From an uncultured bacterium (GTDB lineage Bacteria; Planctomycetota; UBA8742; UBA2392), in assembly GCA_938014885.1 (NCBI GenBank), contig CALLQI010000022.1, positions 121,679-185,678 on the forward strand: a stretch of DNA of 64,000 bases, given 5' to 3'. Below are positions 59,130-64,000 of the stretch, one piece after another. A model generated the notes under the pieces. That model saw only the letters and a program-made list of their open reading frames with translations. It did not search any database and was not told where the DNA came from. The position numbers and the translations under genes are program-made. Within the stretch, counting starts at the first letter, position 1. Each line of letters starts with the position of its first letter.

Positions 59130-59528
59130 CTACTCGTTCTTGGCGTCTTCGTAGCTCTGGTCTTCCACGCGGGGCAGGCGCTGGGTCAGGCGCTTCACGT
59201 CGCGCCCGAGTTTCTTGCGCTTCTCGCGGCCCTTGTGGCCCTTGAGCTTCTCTTTGATCTTGCCGAGCTGGCGGTGGATCTTGTCGAGGCACAGGTCCAC
59301 GGCGGCATGCATGTCTTCGCGGTTGTGCACCACGGCCGAAAGCTGGTTGTGGGTATCGGTGTGCACGTTGACTTCGCAGACGTGGTCGGCACCGTCCTGG
59401 TTCAGGACGACCTTGATCGTGTCGATGCGGTCAAAGTAACGGTCCAGCCGCTCGAGCTTTTCGCGCGCGTAGTCCTTCATCTTGTCGGTGACTTTGGCGT
59501 GTTTGGCCGTGATGGTGATGCGTGCCAT
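59130..59528 (-). CDS. hpf: ribosome hibernation-promoting factor / sigma-54 modulation protein
   Basis: MARITITAKHAKVTDKMKDYAREKLERLDRYFDRIDTIKVVL..HVCEVNVH: typical HPF/RaiA beta-alpha-beta-beta-beta-alpha pattern with basic C-terminal extension. Confidence 0.85.
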   Translation of the reverse strand: MARITITAKHAKVTDKMKDYAREKLERLDRYFDRIDTIKVVLNQDGADHVCEVNVHTDTHNQLSAVVHNREDMHAAVDLCLDKIHRQLGKIKEKLKGHKGREKRKKLGRDVKRLTQRLPRVEDQSYEDAKNE

Positions 59529-59579
59529 TGGGTTTCCTGTTCGTGCGTGATCGTCCGGTAAGCCTGCGTTTTGCCGCGT

Positions 59580-60356
59580 TCAGACGCCCTGTTCAAGGCG
59601 GTCTGCGTTGTAATCGTCAAGTTCTTTCAGTGCGCGAATTTTGCGCGCGGTGCCGGTCACATCATATTCGACGCGGCGCCAGATGAAGCGTTTGTCGTCC
59701 CAGATCACGTAGCAGGCGCGCACGTCGCGATCGCGGGGCTGGCCGACACTGCCGACGTTGATGACGTACTTCTGCCCCTTCTCGGGCTTAAACTCATAGT
59801 TCATGTCCTTGTCGGACATGTACTGGCATTGCTCGGTGATCACGCACGGGATATGCGTGTGCCCGACCATGCACAAGTTTTCGAACTGGCTGAAGATGTC
59901 CTGCATCTTCCTCACGGCCTCGGGCACGTTCTGTGCGGCCGCCTGGGCGTCGTGCTTGAGGATGTATTCGGTCGTCGGTTCGCGCGGGCTGCCGTGGACC
60001 ATCAGCGCGCCGTCTTCACGGTGGGTCAGCTTCATTGACTTCAGGAAGCTCATGCGCTTCTTGTTCTTGAAGCCGAAGATGCCGCCCTGCAGGCTCTTCT
60101 TCGTCCAGCGGATGGCTGTGAGTGCGCGATAGTTGAAGCCCACGGGCTCGAACACAACAGCTTCATCGTGGTTGCCCATCAGGTTGATGCGGAACTCCAT
60201 GGCCTCGTCGATGATCTCGACGGGTTCAGGACCGTAGCCAACCAGGTCGCCCAGCGAAATGATGTCGCTGATGCCGTGGGACTTGATGTCCTTCTTCACG
60301 GCTTCCCAAGCGGCCACGTTGGCATGGATGTCTGAGACAATGGCCTTCACGCTCAA
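59580..60356 (-). CDS. calcineurin-like metallophosphoesterase
   Basis: Motifs DIH (VSDIHAN), GDLVGYGP, GNHDE, GHTH. Confidence 0.8.
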   Translation of the reverse strand: MSVKAIVSDIHANVAAWEAVKKDIKSHGISDIISLGDLVGYGPEPVEIIDEAMEFRINLMGNHDEAVVFEPVGFNYRALTAIRWTKKSLQGGIFGFKNKKRMSFLKSMKLTHREDGALMVHGSPREPTTEYILKHDAQAAAQNVPEAVRKMQDIFSQFENLCMVGHTHIPCVITEQCQYMSDKDMNYEFKPEKGQKYVINVGSVGQPRDRDVRACYVIWDDKRFIWRRVEYDVTGTARKIRALKELDDYNADRLEQGV

Positions 60357-60401
60357 CCTTTGGTAGTTGCACGGCTTACGCTAACGCCCAAGCGGGGGGT
60401 G

Positions 60402-61316
60402 TCAAGCTGACCCGTAACTATCGGCGCGGCCTTCAAAGGGCTCTGCGGGGTAGTCTACACCAAGCAGGGTCAAACCGTGAGGTGGCAGATTCGCCCCGGC
60501 CTCGCGACGGTCGCGGAGTTGCAGCAAGTCACGAATCCATCCCGGGGGCCGCTTGCCAAGGCCGACTTCAACCAGGCTTCCGGCAACTGCGCGCACCATG
60601 CCGCGCAGGAAGCCGTCACCCCGCAACTCAAGCAGCAGCAGGCCATCTTTCTGGTACACGCTGGCGCCGAAGATTGTGCGCACGGTGCCCGCGGGGCGCG
60701 GCTTGCGCCACGGTGGCGGCGTGAAATCGCCATGCTGCACGGCGGCGGGTCCGTACAGGTCTGCCGTGGTGGCGGGCTGCTCGGCGTCGTCTGGGCTGTC
60801 CTCAGCTTCCGCAGCGTCTCCATCGGAGCCTTCCTCCGGATTGGTGCGAAAGCTGGCAAAGTCGTGCTTGCCGACCAGCATCGCCGCGGCCTCAAGCATG
60901 TCATCCAGATCGAGCGGCCGGGGTACTTGGTGCGCGCGATCGCCGAGCATGGGGCTGCGGGCGCGCGTGTTCAGGATGGTGTAGCGATACGTTTTGGCCA
61001 GCGCGTCAAAGCGCGCGTGAAAGCGCGGGTCCACGTCGCGAACACGCTTCACGGCCACATCGCGCGGCAAGCGGTGGTTCAGCGCGGGCAATAGTTCGCG
61101 AGGCTCAAGCCGCGAGTCAATGTCCACGTGCGCTGGCATGGCCAATGCATGCACGCCGCGGTCCGTGCGGCCGGCCGACTGCACCGAAACAAGCGTCCCG
61201 ACCAGATCGGCAACGGCAACCTCCACAGTGGCCTGCACTGTGCGGTTAGGCCCCTGCCGCTGCCAGCCAAAGAAGCCCTTGCCGTAGTACTCAAGCTCAA
61301 GGAGAACCCGCCGCAT
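60402..61316 (-). CDS. truA: tRNA pseudouridine(38-40) synthase TruA, with an acidic insertion
   Basis: LLELEYYGKGFFGWQRQ, SAGRTDRGVHA (catalytic Asp), GDGFLRGMVR; start placed at MRRVLLELEY. Confidence 0.8.
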   Translation of the reverse strand: MRRVLLELEYYGKGFFGWQRQGPNRTVQATVEVAVADLVGTLVSVQSAGRTDRGVHALAMPAHVDIDSRLEPRELLPALNHRLPRDVAVKRVRDVDPRFHARFDALAKTYRYTILNTRARSPMLGDRAHQVPRPLDLDDMLEAAAMLVGKHDFASFRTNPEEGSDGDAAEAEDSPDDAEQPATTADLYGPAAVQHGDFTPPPWRKPRPAGTVRTIFGASVYQKDGLLLLELRGDGFLRGMVRAVAGSLVEVGLGKRPPGWIRDLLQLRDRREAGANLPPHGLTLLGVDYPAEPFEGRADSYGSA

Positions 61317-61521
61317 GCCAAGAGGGTCGTAGCGGACCGGCCCGACGTCAACAGGGATCGGAACCGAGTGCACGGTCGCGAAGCCGATTCCACGGACCGC
61401 GGGCCTTTGGCCCGCAGCCGCTTCCCGTGTCCAACTGTGTCCACCCGTGGTTCAAATGCCTGTCGCGGCTTCGCCCTGCTTCGACCCTACCGGCTCCGGC
61501 CGCAAGCCCTACCATGCACTC

Positions 61522-61845
61522 ATGCCCAACCGGTTCGTGATTCTGCGGCATGAGGTTTCGGGTGCCGTGCACTTTGACTTGATGCTGGAAGTCCCCGGCC
61601 AGGAAAAACTGCGCACGCTGCAGCTCGCCAAGTGGCCGCTGGCCCCGAGCGAAAGCTGCCCCTGCATCGAGATCGCGCCGCACCGTGCCGAGTACCTGCG
61701 CTACGAAGGCGAAGTAACCGGCAACCGCGGCACTGTCACCCGCGTCGCTGAAGGCAACTGGACCGGTGACGGTGCCGGACTCACGCTTGATCCGCCAGGC
61801 GTGGCGCTGGTGATCCAGGGTGCATCAGTGACTCGCCGGCGTTGA
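61522..61845 (+). CDS. stand-alone LigD-type 3'-phosphoesterase (PE) domain protein
   Basis: RFVILRHE...HFDLMLE...L.T..L.KWP......I..H...YL.YEGEV.G.RG.V matches the LigD PE-domain pattern (FVVQKHDA..LHYDFRLE..LKSWAVPKGP...DH...Y..FEG.IP.G.YG.G.V). Confidence 0.55.
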   Translation: MPNRFVILRHEVSGAVHFDLMLEVPGQEKLRTLQLAKWPLAPSESCPCIEIAPHRAEYLRYEGEVTGNRGTVTRVAEGNWTGDGAGLTLDPPGVALVIQGASVTRRR

Positions 61846-61937
61846 TCCCCTGAAGGACGCCCCGATCTGCGGTGTTTCTGTTGCGCCCGTTTCCGGCTAC
61901 ACTGGGCTGGCTCACAGCTTGGGTTGGGTTTATGGGG

Positions 61938-62342
61938 ATGGTTCCTTTCACTTTGGCGCGGGTGATCCTTTCTGAGGCCCACCCGAACCAGCGGCTTATC
62001 CTGCGCGAAATCGGCGGTCAGCGGCACTTCACCATTGATATCGGTGAGCCTGAGGCCGTGGCGATTTACCGCCGCGCCACCAAGCGCGCGCATCCTCGGC
62101 CGCTCACGCACGACCTGCTCGACAACGTCATTGCGGGCATGGGCGGCACGGTCAAGGCCGTTGAGATCACTGACCTGAAAGACTCAACCTACCACGCAAA
62201 CCTCGTGATCCAGACCGCCGACGGCGAAGTCCGCGTCGATGCCCGCCCCAGTGACGCGCTTGCGATCCTGGTCGGTGCCGGTGTGGACCTTTTCGTTGAC
62301 GAGGCTCGCGTGCTGGACCCCCTGTATGAAGAAGGCAAGTGA
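61938..62342 (+). CDS. bifunctional nuclease (BFN, DNase/RNase) family protein
   Basis: ILSEAHPNQRLILREIGGQRHFTIDIGEPEAVAI...PRPLTHDLLDNVI...EVRVDARPSDALAILVGAGVDLFVDEARV matches the BFN-domain pattern; start at internal Met. Confidence 0.65.
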   Translation: MVPFTLARVILSEAHPNQRLILREIGGQRHFTIDIGEPEAVAIYRRATKRAHPRPLTHDLLDNVIAGMGGTVKAVEITDLKDSTYHANLVIQTADGEVRVDARPSDALAILVGAGVDLFVDEARVLDPLYEEGK

Positions 62343-62393
62343 CCCACCCCGCGATACACGGCCGCATGGGCCGGGAAAGTCATTGAGGCTTAT

Positions 62394-64000
62394 ATGACAC
62401 GACTTGGCGCGTGTTTCACGTTGATGCTCGCGGCGGCCTCACTGGCCTCAGCGCTGACGGCCGAAGAATGGATTGATTTCTCGGCGCCGATGGTGGGCGC
62501 GGGCGGCACGGGCACCGCCATGGGACGCGGGGGCTCCGCGGGCTATTACAACCCGGCTGGTGTGGCCAGCCGCCCGTGGGAAGAGAACTACCTGCAGATC
62601 CAGTTCGACATCCCGGTCACGTTCGGGGCTTCACTCCACGGCAACAGTATCCGGCACATCTTCGATACGGTGGAGCTCGCCAACGACCTGTTCGACCGCT
62701 TTGAAGAAGGCGCGTTCAACACTGGTGGCGGCGTGGACCAGGACGACTTCAAGTTCGCGCTGGGTGTGTTCGCCGCGCTGGATTCACTCGACAGCTTGAA
62801 TGGCGAAGGCCTTTATGCCACCACGGGCGCTGGCATTGCCGGGCGCTTCGGCAAGCTGCTTCTGCCGCGCGATGCCATCGGCTTTCACATCGGCGGCTTC
62901 GGCATCGGCTCAATCAACCCGATCGTGGATCTCGACAGCCTGCGCGGCTATCGCCTCACCGACGAGTCCGCGGCCGGCTTTGAATCCATCATCGGTGAAG
63001 CCATCGCGGCCTCAGGCAGCGGCCAGACACCCAGCAGCAGCGGCGGCCAGCAGTTCAGCGCCGACTTGCAGGCGGCCGGTTACAGCGCCGCGAGTGCCGA
63101 TGCGCTGGCGGCCTGGGCTGAGGACTCGGGGTTGAACTTTGGCGGCGCGGCCGCGGACATCCTGTTTGACTTTCTCGTGAACACGCTCAACGGCACGGGC
63201 ACCAGCCTGGAAAGCGGCGCCAACCCGCTTGAGGGCAACGGCTCGGGCTTCCTGATTCGCGGTCTTTCGTACTACGAAGTAGGGCTCAGCTATGGCTTCG
63301 GCCTTCCGATTCCGCTGCTTGAGGACTGGTTCAGCTTCGGCGTGACCGTGAAGCTGATGCAGGGGTACGTGTACAGTGAACTGCTGCGCATCGAAGACAT
63401 GGACGAAGACGGCATCCAAGACACGCTGGATCGCCTGCAGCAGAAAGCCACCGACGCCTATCGCCTCGATGGCGCGGCCCGCACCACGGTCGGCATTGAC
63501 CTGGGCTTCACCTTTACGCCGCAGTTGCCCGGCCTGAACACGCTGGCGATCAGCCTGGTCGCGCGCAACGTGAACGGCCCCGAGTTCCGCTGGAAAAGCC
63601 CGCCGCCGGGCGACCCGAACCTGATTCGCTTCGACACGCAGGTGCGGGCCGGTGCCGCGTACACGCTGTTCGGCTTCATCGGCCTGCCGCTGACGTTTGC
63701 GATTGACATGGACCTGAACCGCGTGGCCAGCGACATCATGCCCACCTACCACACCCAGTTCGTGCGCGCGGGCATTACCTTTGAGCCGCAGTTCGGGTTC
63801 TTCGGATTCGGTGTACGCATCGGCGCATTGCAGAACCTTGCCGACGCGGAACAGGCGACGACATTAACCGCCGGATTCGGCCTGAGGCTGTTCGTGATTC
63901 ACCTTGACTTCGCGGGCCAGATGGCCGTGGACACCCAGAACTTCGGCACCACGCTCGACTTTGAACCGTTGCCGCAGAGGGCCGGGTTTGCGATCCAGCT
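62394..64000 (+). CDS. secreted / putative outer-membrane protein, partial (continues past window end)
   Basis: ATG at about 62394 then signal peptide MTRLGACFTLMLAAASLASALTA; open frame with no stop to position 64000; Gly/aromatic-rich with beta-strand-like alternation. Absent from the ORF track because it is incomplete. Confidence 0.5.
   Translation, partial: MTRLGACFTLMLAAASLASALTAEEWIDFSAPMVGAGGTGTAMGRGGSAGYYNPAGVASRPWEENYLQIQFDIPVTFGASLHGNSIRHIFDTVELANDLFDRFEEGAFNTGGGVDQDDFKFALGVFAALDSLDSLNGEGLYATTGAGIAGRFGKLLLPRDAIGFHIGGFGIGSINPIVDLDSLRGYRLTDESAAGFESIIGEAIAASGSGQTPSSSGGQQFSADLQAAGYSAASADALAAWAEDSGLNFGGAAADILFDFLVNTLNGTGTSLESGANPLEGNGSGFLIRGLSYYEVGLSYGFGLPIPLLEDWFSFGVTVKLMQGYVYSELLRIEDMDEDGIQDTLDRLQQKATDAYRLDGAARTTVGIDLGFTFTPQLPGLNTLAISLVARNVNGPEFRWKSPPPGDPNLIRFDTQVRAGAAYTLFGFIGLPLTFAIDMDLNRVASDIMPTYHTQFVRAGITFEPQFGFFGFGVRIGALQNLADAEQATTLTAGFGLRLFVIHLDFAGQMAVDTQNFGTTLDFEPLPQRAGFAIQ

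Overview
High-GC (about 68-70%) chromosomal window, densely coding on both strands. It holds about 55 protein-coding genes and one tRNA-Pro(GGG); no rRNA, CRISPR array, transposase or integrase was seen. Lineage is inferred, not searched: a Gly-rich/Cys/hydrophobic/RRRRK C-terminal tail resembling MYXO-CTERM/PEP-CTERM sorting signals, a zinc-ribbon Ser/Thr kinase-WD40 protein, many lipoproteins and TPR proteins point to a Myxococcota-like Gram-negative. Recognisable housekeeping genes are gdhA, nadA, trxA, rsmJ, map, mtnA, truA, ptsH-yvcK-hpf, tldD/pmbA, a CoA-transferase, a GspE/PilB-family ATPase and a NfeD/short-flotillin/flotillin cluster. Most unusual is a 10-kb locus (7.7-17.7 kb) with two paralogous approx 1150-1200-aa proteins of effector-first architecture: N-terminal PP2C/SpoIIE phosphatase, central STAND/NB-ARC-like P-loop NTPase, TPR array and a basic Pro-rich tail. 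They flank a divergently transcribed operon encoding an AAA+ ATPase, a free-standing RNA polymerase alpha-CTD-like protein and an NmrA-like reductase. The second paralog lies in a tight same-strand four-gene cluster with an RCK-domain membrane protein and two small membrane proteins. Other notable items: a four-helix-bundle (23S rRNA IVS-protein family) gene between tldD and pmbA bracketed by approx 80-bp imperfect inverted repeats; a signal-peptide ORF joined in frame to a downstream domain only through three clustered TGA codons; an SPFH protein with four N-terminal tandem repeats; tandem Asp-box propeller lipoprotein paralogs; a LigD-phosphoesterase plus bifunctional-nuclease pair; and a small cluster of 12-bp direct and inverted repeats between nadA and trxA. 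All domain calls rest on motif recognition by eye; no database search was run.
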